From Dehalococcoidia bacterium (GTDB taxonomy: Bacteria; Chloroflexota; Dehalococcoidia; UBA2979), in assembly GCA_965219085.1 (NCBI GenBank), contig OZ244720.1, positions 3,146,885 to 3,210,884 of the forward strand: a DNA stretch of 64,000 nucleotides. Direction: 5' to 3'. Positions 9,473 through 19,638 of the stretch are shown piece by piece. Position 1 is the first letter of the stretch, and each line of letters opens with the position of its first letter. Under the pieces are notes generated by a model, which made no database searches, was not told where the DNA came from, and saw nothing but the letters and a program-made list of their open reading frames with translations. A program made the translations under genes and the position numbers.

Positions 9473-10885
9473 ATGAGCGGCACGCCCAGCTTCCTCTCCA
9501 GCGTGATGGAGCAGTTCGACCGGGCCGCCGCCTACTCGAACCTGCCGCCGGGCCTGATCGACCAGGTTCGCTCGTGCAACGCCGTCTACCACGTGCGCTT
9601 CCCGGTCGAACTCGAGGACGGCACCATCGAGGTCATCGAGGCGTACCGGGCGGAGCACAGTCACCACCGGCTGCCCACGAAGGGCGGCCTCCGCGTCAGC
9701 CCCGACATCAGCGAGGACGAAGTGACGGCGCTCGCGGCGCTGATGACCTTCAAGTGCGCCGTGGTCGAGGTCCCCTTCGGCGGCGCCAAGGGCGGCATTC
9801 GCTTCGACCCGAACGCGCCGGAGGCCGTGCGCCGACGCGTGATCCGTCGCTACACCGCCGAGCTGATCGCGAAGAACTTCGTGGGTCCCGGCGTCGACGT
9901 GCCCGCGCCGGACTATGGCACGGGCGAGCAGGAGATGGCGTGGATCGCCGACACCTACCGCGCGCTCCGCGGCGCGGACCTCGATGCCTGGGGTTGCGTC
10001 ACCGGCAAGCCCGTCACGCTCCACGGCATTCCCGGACGCGTCGAGGCAACCGGCCTCGGCGTCTACTACGGCATCTCCGAGGTGGTGGCCGACGCCGACG
10101 AGATGGCGAAGCTGGGCCTGACGCCCGGCACCGCGGGCAAGCGGGTCATCGTGCAGGGGCTGGGTAACGTGGGCTCGCACGCCGCACGCTGCCTACAGGA
10201 CCAGGGCGGCGCGAGCATCGTCGGCGTCGCGGAGATCGACGGCGGCATCTACAACCCGGACGGCCTCGACATCGAAGCTGTGCTGGCCCACCGCGGCGAG
10301 CGCGGCTCGATCCTCGACTTCCCCGGCGCGACCAATATGTCGACGTGGCAGGACACGATCGAGATGGACTGCGACATCCTCGTGCCCGCCGCGGTCGAAG
10401 GCGCCATCACCGCGGAGAACGCGTCCCGCATCAAGGCGCGCATCATCGCCGAGGCGGCGAACGGTCCCGTCTACTCCGACGCCGAGCCGATCCTCGCCGA
10501 GATGGGCACGCTGCTCATCCCGGATGTCTGGCTCAACGCAGGCGGCGTCACGGTCTCCTACTTCGAGTGGCTGAAGAACCTCTCCCACGTCAGCTTCGAC
10601 CGCATGTACAAGCGCTACGAGGAGATCTCGACGCGTCGCCAGTTGGAGGCGACCGAGCGGCTCGCCGGCATGGAGTTCCCGCCCGACGAGATGAGGATCC
10701 TCACCCGCGGCCCGTCGGAGATCGACTTCGTCCGCTCCGCCCTCCAGGAGACGATGAGCGAGTCGTACCGGCAGATCTACGAGAAGTGGCGGTCCGAGGA
10801 CTTGCCCGACCTGCGCACCGCCGCGTTCCTGATCGCGATCGAACGCGTAGCGGCGAACTACGTCGCGCTCGGCATCTTCCCCTGA
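9473..10885 (+). CDS. gdhA: Glutamate dehydrogenase (Glu/Leu/Phe/Val dehydrogenase family)
   Basis: Family signatures throughout: KGGLRVSPDISEDEVTALAALMTFKCAVVEVPFGGAKGGI, the NAD-binding GxGNVG (QGLGNVGSHAA), and a 470-aa length. Confidence 0.85.
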   Translation: MSGTPSFLSSVMEQFDRAAAYSNLPPGLIDQVRSCNAVYHVRFPVELEDGTIEVIEAYRAEHSHHRLPTKGGLRVSPDISEDEVTALAALMTFKCAVVEVPFGGAKGGIRFDPNAPEAVRRRVIRRYTAELIAKNFVGPGVDVPAPDYGTGEQEMAWIADTYRALRGADLDAWGCVTGKPVTLHGIPGRVEATGLGVYYGISEVVADADEMAKLGLTPGTAGKRVIVQGLGNVGSHAARCLQDQGGASIVGVAEIDGGIYNPDGLDIEAVLAHRGERGSILDFPGATNMSTWQDTIEMDCDILVPAAVEGAITAENASRIKARIIAEAANGPVYSDAEPILAEMGTLLIPDVWLNAGGVTVSYFEWLKNLSHVSFDRMYKRYEEISTRRQLEATERLAGMEFPPDEMRILTRGPSEIDFVRSALQETMSESYRQIYEKWRSEDLPDLRTAAFLIAIERVAANYVALGIFP

Positions 10886-12681
10886 TCGGGTTCCCCTGAT
10901 TGGGAAGCAAATGGCGTCGGCAATCCCTGCGGCTGTTCGTCGACGGCCTCGATCCACTCGCCGGTTGCCCCGGTGAAGTCGCCGACGGTCGACGAAGCGA
11001 GCGCTCCGCTGATCCCGGAACGAATCGCGGCCGCGTCGAGACCCAGCAGGCGCAGCACCCACGCGGACATCTCCGTGCCGCCCTCGAGCTCCTCGCAGAC
11101 GACCTGGGCGGCGCCCAGCGCCAAGAGCCCGTCGCGCTCGGCGACGTATCGGGTCCGGACGAGGATCGGCACGTTCGGCCACTCCGCGTGCGCCGTGGCG
11201 ATCGCGCGGCGCGCGGCAGGTGGGTCGCTGATCAGCAACACGAGCACGCGTGCGTGGCCGAGGCGCGCGTGCGCAAGCGCCTCCGGACTGGTGACGTCGC
11301 CGTAGTACACGTGCGCGTACTCGCGGCGAGCCTCGCGCACGGTCTCGGCGTTGAGTTCGAGGATCACGTAGGGGATCTGCGCCTGCGCGAGCGTCCGGGC
11401 GAGCAGCCGCCCGGCCACCCCATAGCCCGCAATCACCACGTGGTCCGTCAGGAACGCGTCCTGCGCGGTGGGCTCATCGATACCACGGGCGCGGAGCAAC
11501 CGCTCCAGGGGCCGCAGCAGCGCCTCACCGGCGTGCAGCCCGCCGGTCCAGTGCATCAGCGCCCGCGACAGCACGATGCTCAGCACGCCGGTGGTGACGA
11601 CGAGGCGGAGCTCGGAGGAGGTGATGAGGCCCTCGCTCGCGCCGAGCAGGAGCACCACGTAGCCGAACTCACCGAACTGTGCGAGGTACACGCCGGAGCG
11701 CCACGCGACGCTCGCCGGGTTGCGCATCGCCAGTGCCGCCAGCGAGGCGACAAAGGCCTTGCCGAGCACGAGGCCGGCCACGATCAGCACGGCGAGCACC
11801 GGCTCGTCGGTGAAGACCCGCCAGTCCACGAGCATCCCGAGCGAGATGAAGAAGAAGCTTGTGAACGCGTCGCGCAGCGGGATGATGTCGCTCGTCGCGC
11901 GGTGGCTGTAGTCGGTGTCGGCGAGGAGGACGCCCGCGAGGAACGCGCCGAGGGCGAACGAGAGCCCGATCTGGTTCATGAGCCACGCCGAACCCAGGGC
12001 GATGGAAATCACGGTCAGCAGGAACACCTCGCGCGTGCGAGTGGTGTCCACGGCGTTGAACAGCCGCGGGACCAGGAACCGGGCCACGAAGAGCACAGCG
12101 CCAATCGCCAGCGTGGCGCGCGCCAGCGCCCACGCGACCTCGAACATGAAGCCGCTGCTGTCACCACTGGCGAGTACCGGCACGAGCAGCGTGAGCGGAA
12201 CCACGAGCAGGTCCTGGAAGATCAATGCGCCCACGATGAACCGACCGTGTGGCGCATCGATCTCGCCTCGGACATCGAGCACGCGCAGCACCACGACCGT
12301 GCTCGACAGCGCCACGACGAGCCCGAAGACGATCCCGCGCTCCACCGTGTCGCCCATCACCACGAGGATGGCGAGCGCGGCGAGGGTCGTCACGCCTACT
12401 TGCAGGGAGCCGCCGATGGCGACTGCCCTCCAGATGAATCGCAGGCGCGAGAGCGAGAACTCGAGCCCGATGGCGAAGAGCAGCAGGATGACGCCGATCT
12501 CGGCGATCTGCGTGATGTGCTCGGTGTCCCCGACGAGCCCGAGGCCGTGTGGTCCAGCCAGGGCGCCGGTGATGAGGAACCCGATGGTCGAGGGCAGGCC
12601 GAAGCGGTGCAGACCGACGGTGGTCGCCACGGCTAGCGCGCCAATGACGGCCAGCTCGCCGAAGAGCTCTTGTTCCGCCAC
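10858..12681 (-). CDS. CPA2-family K+/H+ antiporter (Kef-type) with a C-terminal TrkA-N (RCK) domain
   Basis: Multi-TM Na+/H+ exchanger-fold N-terminal portion, then VIAGYGVAGRLLARTLAQAQIPYVILELN (Rossmann RCK domain). 3' end overlaps the gdhA 3' end by 28 nt (convergent). Confidence 0.75.
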   Translation of the reverse strand: MAEQELFGELAVIGALAVATTVGLHRFGLPSTIGFLITGALAGPHGLGLVGDTEHITQIAEIGVILLLFAIGLEFSLSRLRFIWRAVAIGGSLQVGVTTLAALAILVVMGDTVERGIVFGLVVALSSTVVVLRVLDVRGEIDAPHGRFIVGALIFQDLLVVPLTLLVPVLASGDSSGFMFEVAWALARATLAIGAVLFVARFLVPRLFNAVDTTRTREVFLLTVISIALGSAWLMNQIGLSFALGAFLAGVLLADTDYSHRATSDIIPLRDAFTSFFFISLGMLVDWRVFTDEPVLAVLIVAGLVLGKAFVASLAALAMRNPASVAWRSGVYLAQFGEFGYVVLLLGASEGLITSSELRLVVTTGVLSIVLSRALMHWTGGLHAGEALLRPLERLLRARGIDEPTAQDAFLTDHVVIAGYGVAGRLLARTLAQAQIPYVILELNAETVREARREYAHVYYGDVTSPEALAHARLGHARVLVLLISDPPAARRAIATAHAEWPNVPILVRTRYVAERDGLLALGAAQVVCEELEGGTEMSAWVLRLLGLDAAAIRSGISGALASSTVGDFTGATGEWIEAVDEQPQGLPTPFASQSGEPDQGKMPSAT

Positions 12682-12794
12682 GGCGCGCCCCCGGCCGATG
12701 AACCCCCGCTCGCGCAGGCCCCGTGCTGGTTGAGGTTACGTCTACCGGCGCGGCACGGTCAGCGCCGGCAGACGGCCGGCCGGGGCGCTCTCGC

Positions 12795-13937
12795 CTAGCC
12801 GCACCCCGATTCGTAGAGCGCGCGCTCGAGTGCGGCGACTTCGTCGTTGAGCCGGTGCTCGCGTGCGGGCAGCGCGATGCCCACGTCGCCCTCCGACAGC
12901 GCCTGGATGCGGGCGAGCTGGCTGCGAGCTGTGTCGGCGGCGTGGCGCAGCCGCGTGCAGTACTCGTCCCGGGCGGCCGGGTTGTCGGACGGCGCCTGGT
13001 ACGCGATGACGTGATCGACCGGGATGTCCAGCCGGCGCTCCACCTGGTGCGCGGTGTCCATGCGGACCCAGCGCGACATCCCCGGCGGGAATGTGCACAG
13101 GATCACCGTGTCGTACACGTCCGGGTGCTCGTGCAGTTCATCCTCGATGGCGAGCAGCGGCGTCGGGTCGCCCACCTTTGCGGTGGCGAGTTCGATGCCG
13201 GCGTCGCGCAGCACGGCCCGCGTCTCGACAACCGCGGACTCCGCACTCGCCACGTCGTCGCTCGAGTCGCCGAGCAAGCCCGAGGAGTGCGTCGCGGGAA
13301 TCAGCAGCGTGAACGTCGCACGCGTGTCGTTCATGGCGATGTCCGCGAGGTGGTCACGCAGCTCAATGCTGCGGGCGGTGTCGTGCGCAACGACCAGGTA
13401 GTGGGCGCCGGGCTGCATCACGGAGCCCTGGTGGACGACGAAGACCGGGATGCGCGCGTGGCGAATCACCTCCTCGGCGACGCTGCCCTCGAGGACACGG
13501 CGCAGGCCGCGACGGCCGTGCGTGCCGATCGCGATCATGTCCGCGCCGTAGTCCGCGGCGGCGTCCAGGATCGCCTCCGGCACGTCCTCGGAACCCTCGA
13601 CGGCGACGTTGAAGTCCCCGCTGAGATGCCGGTTGCCGAGCACCTGGAGCGACACTATCCGCTCGTTGCGGATGCGTTCGATCATCTGCGAGCGGTCCTC
13701 GTTGCGGTGCTGTCCTTCGTCGTAGTCCACGGGCGCACGGGCCCAGCTGTCGGAGGTCACGACCGGGTCGCCAACGACCAGGTCCTGGGGATGCTGTGGC
13801 GCCTCGGGGTGAGTGCGCTTCGAGTCCCACACCATCATCAGGCGCGCCTCGGCGCCCGCGGCGGATAGCCACGGGGCGAGCGCCTCGACGACCTCGTCGG
13901 CAAGTTCGCTGTCGTCCAGCGCAGCCAGCACACGCAT
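12795..13937 (-). CDS. Universal stress protein, tandem UspA domains
   Basis: Two USP-like halves with MIAIGTHGRRGLRRVLEGSVAEEVIRHARIPVFVV and a second similar block. Confidence 0.8.
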   Translation of the reverse strand: MRVLAALDDSELADEVVEALAPWLSAAGAEARLMMVWDSKRTHPEAPQHPQDLVVGDPVVTSDSWARAPVDYDEGQHRNEDRSQMIERIRNERIVSLQVLGNRHLSGDFNVAVEGSEDVPEAILDAAADYGADMIAIGTHGRRGLRRVLEGSVAEEVIRHARIPVFVVHQGSVMQPGAHYLVVAHDTARSIELRDHLADIAMNDTRATFTLLIPATHSSGLLGDSSDDVASAESAVVETRAVLRDAGIELATAKVGDPTPLLAIEDELHEHPDVYDTVILCTFPPGMSRWVRMDTAHQVERRLDIPVDHVIAYQAPSDNPAARDEYCTRLRHAADTARSQLARIQALSEGDVGIALPAREHRLNDEVAALERALYESGCG

Positions 13938-14206
13938 TGGTGGCTCCCCTCATCTTCAGTCAGGCTTCCGGCCATCCGCTTCAGTCAGGCTTCCGGCCAT
14001 CCGCCGGTGGTTCCATGGTACAGACTGCCCGCGTATCGAGGCAGATCCACATTCGCGATTGCTCCACCGTGGCCCGCGGAGCCGCTGCCGCCGTGAGGCA
14101 TGCCGTCGCGCGCTCTCGGCCGGCTGCAACGGCTCTCGCTGTGCGGGGCTACGTCTCGGCGGGACCCGGCCGCAAGGATCACCTTCGCTGCGCCGATGTA
14201 CCTCCC

Positions 14207-15382
14207 GTGACGCTCACAGCCGCTGTGCTCATCGTTCTGGGCCTGCCCTCAGCACAGCCTGCGCTCGCGTGCGGTGGCTTCTTCTGTACGAACAGTCCCG
14301 TCGATCAGAACGCGGCGCATCATCTTCGCGCAGAACGACGATGGAACCGTGTCAGCGTACGTGCAGATCGAGTACACGGGCTCGGCGCCGGACTTCTCAT
14401 GGATACTGCCGCTGCCCGAGGCCATCGGCGTCGAGGACGTCGAGGCGCCCGAGGCCGCCATGGCGGCCTTCCGGGAGCTCGAGATCGCCACCGTCCCGGT
14501 GTTCAGGCTGCCTCCCGAACCTGAGTGCGTACGATCGAGACTGATGATGACCACCACCTCATCCTTCAGCTCCGTGGATGTCGTGGCGAGCGGTGAGGTG
14601 GGGCCCTACGGATTCGATGTGGTTCACTCGGACGATCCGGACGCCCTGGTCGGGTGGCTCCGCGAGTACAACTATCGCGTCACCGCGGAGATGGAGCCGC
14701 TCATCGACCTGTACGTAGACGACGGATTCGTACTCCTTGCCATGAAGTTGCGCCCCGGCCAGGGGGTTCAGGACGCGGCGCCGGTCAAGGTCACGTACCC
14801 CTCGAGTGCGCCGATGATCCCGCTGCGCCTGACTGCCGTGGCGGCCAATCCAGACATGGCGGTCATGGTCTGGATCTATGCCGACGCACAGGCGACCCCG
14901 ATCAACTACGACAGCATGGAAATCCCGAGTGAAGATCTCGTCTTCTCCCCCTTCGGCGGGAGTGGGAACTATCGACAGCTGATGGCGGTGCGGCCGATGA
15001 GGATGGAGGCCAGGCTTTCATTACCGAGTACGCGGGACCGACGACCGACCTCGCAGTGACGCATCCCCTGCTCCGATCCCTGGGCGATCGCTTCAGCTGC
15101 GTGACGCGCCTCAACACGGTGATCTCGCCCGAGGAGATGACCGTCGATCCGGTCTTCGGCTACGACCGCGACCTCGACGACGTATCCAACGTGCGCAACC
15201 TGGGAGAGATGCGAGGCGTGTACGGCTGCGAGGACCAGAGGTCCGGCAGGCTCGCGGAGCGCCCGGCGATGATCGCGGAGGCAGGCTTCTGGGGAGTTAC
15301 GGTCGTCGCGGTGCTGCTGATCCTGGTGGCGGCGTCCGTGGTGTGGCGCCGCAGCGCCGCCCGGCGGCGCCGTGATTCCTGA
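14207..15382 (+). pseudogene. DUF2330-like secreted/membrane protein gene split over three frames by two frameshifts
   Basis: GTG near 14207 gives a signal peptide plus ACGGFFC motif (frame 2). A +1 shift near 14315 continues into IIFAQNDDGTVSAYVQIEYTG...WILPLPEA (ORF 14274..15059). A second shift near 14960-14995 leads to ADEDGGQAFITEYAGPTTDL...C-terminal TM anchor (ORF 15056..15382). Either genuine decay or assembly indels. Confidence 0.45.
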
Positions 15383-15490
15383 GTCAGGTCGCCGCACGGA
15401 TGGAGCGCCGCAACCGGCCGAACGAGCGCGGCGCAACGCCCCCTGCGTTGCCGTCGGCGCGACCGCGCCCGTACTATTGGTGACGGTCCG

Positions 15491-15565
15491 GCGGAAGTAG
15501 CTCAGTGGTAGAGCGCCTCCTTGCCAAGGAGGAGGTCGCGGGTTCGACCCCCGTCTTCCGCTCCA
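15491..15565 (+). tRNA. tRNA-Gly (anticodon GCC), CCA encoded
   Basis: GCGGAAG acceptor stem, anticodon loop TTGCCAA, TPsiC arm GGTTCGACC. Cloverleaf folds by hand. Confidence 0.9.
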
Positions 15566-15639
15566 CTCCACCATCCCCCGAGTACGCGTCGACGCGCCCG
15601 CTTGAGGGCGGCGCGCGGTCGCGCGATGCTGTGAGCCGG

Positions 15640-15728
15640 GCCGAAGTGGCGGAATGGGTAGACGCGACGGTCTCAAACACCGTTGGGGTTAATGCCCCGT
15701 GTGGGTTCGAGTCCCACCTTCGGCACCA
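15640..15728 (+). tRNA. tRNA-Leu (anticodon CAA), long variable arm, CCA encoded
   Basis: GCCGAAG/CTTCGGC acceptor stem, anticodon loop CTCAAAC, variable arm GGGGTTAATGCCCC, T-arm GTGGGTTCGAGTCCCAC. Confidence 0.9.
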
Positions 15729-15914
15729 GTGTTCTCAACGGTTTCCCGGAATCGGGCCTCGGCGAATTGTACTCACCAGGGTGATCAGTTGTGGCCATCT
15801 TGTGGCCATCGTTGGATCGCACGGCGCGCGCGGCCGTGCGAACTGCGGGATCTCACCCGCGCGATCGGCTCCGCGGGGTCACGCTTCTGTCGGATCGCCG
15901 TCGCTTCTCGCGGC

Positions 15915-16370
15915 TCATTCTCGGCCTTGCGAGACCCGCGCCCTGTAGGCACGCTGCTTCTCGGCATTCAGGCACTGTTTGCTGCAGAACCGGGTGTTCA
16001 CTCGGACGGCTCGGAACATCCTTTTGCAGGAGGCGCGCTCACAGAGTCGGAAGTCGTGCCCTGCCGCAAGGTCGTTAGCAGCCATGATGGCGAGGCCAGC
16101 GAGCGCAGAGGGCGCCGACCATCGAAGCGAGGCCCGTCTCCCGTCGCTGCTCGGCGACAAGGCCTGCCGAGCGGGGGCCTGGAGGTGATTGAGCGGCACG
16201 AAGGCCCGGACCTGCTCCTCGACCGACCGGCCCGACTCGATGCCCCACTTCGCCGAGTGGAGGGCCGTGCGGAACGCTAACGCCGCAGCCATGAAGTCAG
16301 GTACGCATTCGCGATATGACGCACGAAACTCAGCCCTGCCGGGCTCGGGCCATTCCCTCTCGAGCATCAC
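15915..16370 (-). CDS. CGNR zinc-finger (ABATE-like) putative stress-responsive regulator
   Basis: C-terminal CERASCKRMFRAVRVNTRFCSKQCLNAEKQRAYRAR resembles the zf-CGNR motif (C..C..F.D.SrN..r.wCs..C.NraK). Confidence 0.5.
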   Translation of the reverse strand: MMLEREWPEPGRAEFRASYRECVPDFMAAALAFRTALHSAKWGIESGRSVEEQVRAFVPLNHLQAPARQALSPSSDGRRASLRWSAPSALAGLAIMAANDLAAGHDFRLCERASCKRMFRAVRVNTRFCSKQCLNAEKQRAYRARVSQGRE

Positions 16371-16421
16371 CGAGGCCTCAGGGTCCAGTGGTTTTTGTGA
16401 GACGCGGAGATGCGGATCCCA

Positions 16422-16904
16422 CTAATGTAGGTCGCGCCACAGGCGCGGGAAGAATCTCCACCACGTTTGCGTCATGGTCTCACGGCTCAGTCTGTCGTCC
16501 CACCCTATCGTCGAATCGAGCTTGCGTAGCAAGACATGCGGCTTCGAACTAGAAGTCTGCGCGAGCCATCCGTCGCCGGCCCACCGATAGAGCGTCCCCT
16601 GCGGCAGCGTGACCTCAGCGGTACGTTGCAGGAGTACCCCCGTCGGTCCGTAGCGATCTGACCACTCGATGATACGCTTAGCTTCGAGGGCAGTGGGCGG
16701 CGTGAATTCGCTCTCACGGTCGGGATCAGGGACGTCCGCGATGTCGACGTATGCCGGATTCCGCGTGCGGCTCTTCGCGCCGTCCGGGTCCTCCCTCCAC
16801 AGGTCGAACCGCAAGGGGGCCTGTCCTTCGCTTACTGGCACCACATAGCCGTCACGGATCGTGTACTGATCGAACCGCCACCACGGGAAAGCGTGTAGAT
16901 CCAT
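16422..16904 (-). CDS. Hypothetical protein (160 aa), no recognisable domain
   Basis: Coding-like composition and length only. Confidence 0.35.
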   Translation of the reverse strand: MDLHAFPWWRFDQYTIRDGYVVPVSEGQAPLRFDLWREDPDGAKSRTRNPAYVDIADVPDPDRESEFTPPTALEAKRIIEWSDRYGPTGVLLQRTAEVTLPQGTLYRWAGDGWLAQTSSSKPHVLLRKLDSTIGWDDRLSRETMTQTWWRFFPRLWRDLH

Positions 16905-17007
16905 ACGTTACCCTATCGTTACTCTGTAAGAGTAACGCAGGCGAGCCTACTCTGCAGGCGTAGCAGGCCTTCACCCGAGGGCCGCCGCAGTCCGAATCGA
17001 GAAGACA

Positions 17008-17421
17008 ATGTCGCTCACCCCGGAGCCGAGTGACGCGAATGCCACCAGCATTCGTGTTGGCATCTACGTCGACGGCCCCAATCTCTACGGAGGCGCGCGG
17101 CGCCTCACTGGTGATGGCCGTCTCGAGATCCCTGCCCTGGTGCGGTCGATCGCGAGAGGCCGGGAGATTACGGACATGTGCTTCTGGACCGGGGTCCTGA
17201 ACCAGGCTCAGGGACCAGAAGCCTACGCGAAGCAACGGCGCTTCTTTGCCAACATCGAACGCCGAGTTCCCAACGGGAGGATCGGGCGCGCTACGATTCG
17301 GGACCGCGGCACTCGACAAGTAGAGAAGGGTGTCGATGTTGGGATCGCACTCGACCTCGTCATGGGCGCCTACGAGGATAGGTGGGATGTCGTCCAAGTC
17401 GCGATGTATCTGAGCACTTGA
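17008..17421 (+). CDS. NYN/LabA-like domain protein, possibly 3'-truncated
   Basis: IRVGIYVDGPNLYGG and GVDVGIALDLVMGAY match NYN (PIN-like) RNase motifs. The ORF ends where LVSGDSDF would be expected, about 30 nt before an IS5 remnant. Confidence 0.6.
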   Translation: MSLTPEPSDANATSIRVGIYVDGPNLYGGARRLTGDGRLEIPALVRSIARGREITDMCFWTGVLNQAQGPEAYAKQRRFFANIERRVPNGRIGRATIRDRGTRQVEKGVDVGIALDLVMGAYEDRWDVVQVAMYLST

Positions 17422-17452
17422 CCTGGTGTATGACGAGGTTGCCCGATACCGC

Positions 17453-18254
17453 TAGGGATGGTCTGATCAGGTGGCGTGTCGGGCGCGGTGGGTATCGATC
17501 AGCGGGCCGAGCCGCGCTGTGGGGGCCCGATACCGCGGTCCATGGGTGGTCTCGCCTCCATGTCGCTCCGGAAGCGCTCCGGCGGGCGATTCGGGACGCA
17601 CGGCTCCCGCGATCACGCGAGCTGAGGCTCAGCTCGCAACAGGTTCGTGAAACCGAGCAGCAGCATGAGACGCTGGCGGTTCTTCTCAAGACCCCGGTAG
17701 CGCACCTGCGCGTACCCGAAGTGCCGCTTCACGTAGAGAAACGGATGCTCAGCCTTGGCGCGCACCGAGGCCTTGCGCCGCTCCGCCTGCGCCTCCTCGC
17801 CCCCCGGCGCCAGCTGCCGCCTGAGACCCGGGCGCAGCGCCACCTGCCAGCAGGTGGCGGAAGTTGAGGATCGTCGTCTCATCGGGGATCGGCTCGGAGA
17901 GGCTGAGACCGGCGAACTCGAGCATCGAGCGGGAGTCGTAGAGTTCCTGCTCCATGCCGGGGTCGCTGAGGTTGAACCAGAGCTGCAGGCAGTGGATGCG
18001 CAGCATCACGCGCAGCGCGTAGGGGCGGCGTCCGCGGCCGCGCTTCGGGTAGACGGGCGCGATGCGCTGCTCCAGCTCAGCCCAGGGGACGAGCCTGTCC
18101 ATGCGCTCGAGGAACGTCTGCCGCCTCGTCTTGACCTTCTTGTGCTCGTACTCGACGCTGCCGAACGAACGCTGCTGCATGGGGCGCCCCTCTCCGGGTC
18201 GCCCCATGATCGCATCTGCTCACCCGCTCAGGCGAGTTGTTCAGACCATCCCTA
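17453..18254. mobile_element. IS5-family element, internally deleted derivative (802 bp) with intact inverted repeats
   Basis: Terminal inverted repeats TAGGGATGGTCTGAnCA at 17453-17469 and (reverse complement) 18238-18254. The interior holds only N- and C-terminal fragments of an IS5 DDE transposase. Confidence 0.6.
17613..18207 (-). pseudogene. IS5-family transposase fragments. The N-terminal 105 aa and C-terminal 75 aa are kept; the DDE core is deleted
   Basis: ORF 17749..18207 reads MQQRSFGSVEYEHKKVKTRRQTFLERMDRLVPWAELEQRIAPVYPKRGRGRRPYALRVMLRIHCLQLWFNLSD (IS5 N-terminus). ORF 17613..17882 reads AEHPFLYVKRHFGYAQVRYRGLEKNRQRLMLLLGFTNL (IS5 C-terminus). Confidence 0.65.
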
Positions 18255-19638
18255 AACCTGAGCACGCAGCCTGGTAGAGTGCTGAAAGTTTCTGGCACCG
18301 AAGGCCGTAGTTGTCTGGTCCAGGGCGATCTGGCCACGCCCTATGGTTCGTCGATGGTTGTCCGCTGCCACGGCGGCCTCGCGCAGCACGAGCGCGGGCA
18401 ACTCCGGGATCGCTACAGCGACGGCTGACTCGGCGTGGATATCTAGCGACGAGCGCGCGTCTGTAGTCAGTGTCGACGTGCAGCGATTCTGTCAGTCCAA
18501 CGGAGCAGCGACTTTGTCAGTACCGCGCTGGCCGCCGGAGGGTGCCGACCAGGACGCTCAGGCGGCGCTACTTCGCTCTCGCCGGACGGCTCACCCACTC
18601 GGCACGGCGCTGGACCCTGCACCTCCCGAAGCGCTGGCCCTCGGCCGGGCAGCTGGCAGCCGCGCTCGCGCGACTACGGGCGATACCACTCCCGGCCTGA
18701 CGCGCTCACAGCGCCGGCCCGGGTCCGAGCCTCGCGCCAGCATGCCGCGCACGCCTCGCGCTCCCCAGCTCCCGCGCCCTCAGCGCCCCCGAGCTACGCT
18801 GAGCGACGGCTCATGGCTCCGGCCCGCCCCTGGCACCGCCCGGCGAACGCCGGCACGCCCGCCGAACTCTCCGGCAGCCCGGCACCCCGTCCCCTCAAGC
18901 TTCGATCGGTGGATCCGAGATAAGGACGGTGCACTGTGACACCACCTTGCGCGAGTGCGCCCTGAAGTCGAAGGACGGTGCGGGATGACCTGAGTCGTCT
19001 GGAGGCATGCTCGTCGTCGCCAGCCGGTGCAAGTCCGGTCCGGGTAACTGCCAGGAGGCCCGGTAGCAGATCGGCGGCTCGGACCGGAAACGGTCCGGGT
19101 CGAAGCCCGATGTCGAAAGCCCTTGTAGGGGGAGCGACCACACGGTCCGCAGCATGAAGCGAAGCCTGCCGCGTCGTTAGGGTGCCCGCCGTAGCGCGGG
19201 GAAGAGGAGGAGCCGAGCCCAGTCCCTCGGGGTGAAGGCCATGGAAGGGGTGAAGCACCTGGAAGCAACCCCGAAGAACCTCCCGGCGTAGGGGGCGTGG
19301 AACGTGTGGAAGGTGGCGACGGGAACAGGGGAGGCCCTCCCCGGCCCGGCACGACTGCGGAGTGGTGCTGGAGCGGGGCGTCCTATAACCGGTGAGTAGC
19401 CGGGAAGTGGGCGGCCAGCCGGGAGGGAGTCGTACCGCGCCAATCCCTTACCCGACCGTGACCCCGGACGGGGTACGACCTCGCAACGAGGCGGCACGAC
19501 CGGCAGGTGGAACCTCTGGGTCTGACCGGGTAGCGTGCTACGGAGCTACGCCGACCTCCCCGAGCAGCCCCAGCACCTTCTGCCCACTCACAGCGCGAAC
19601 CACCCTCTCACTCCGGGCCTGGATCCGTGCCCGGTCAC

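Noticed and set aside
18957-19560. Possible ORF-less group II intron (sequence starts GTGCG and is structured and GC-rich)
   Set aside because: No convincing domain V (AGC triad, GNRA loop, 2-nt bulge) or domain VI bulged-A could be found by eye. No intron-encoded reverse transcriptase. Left as an unexplained non-coding stretch in the findings
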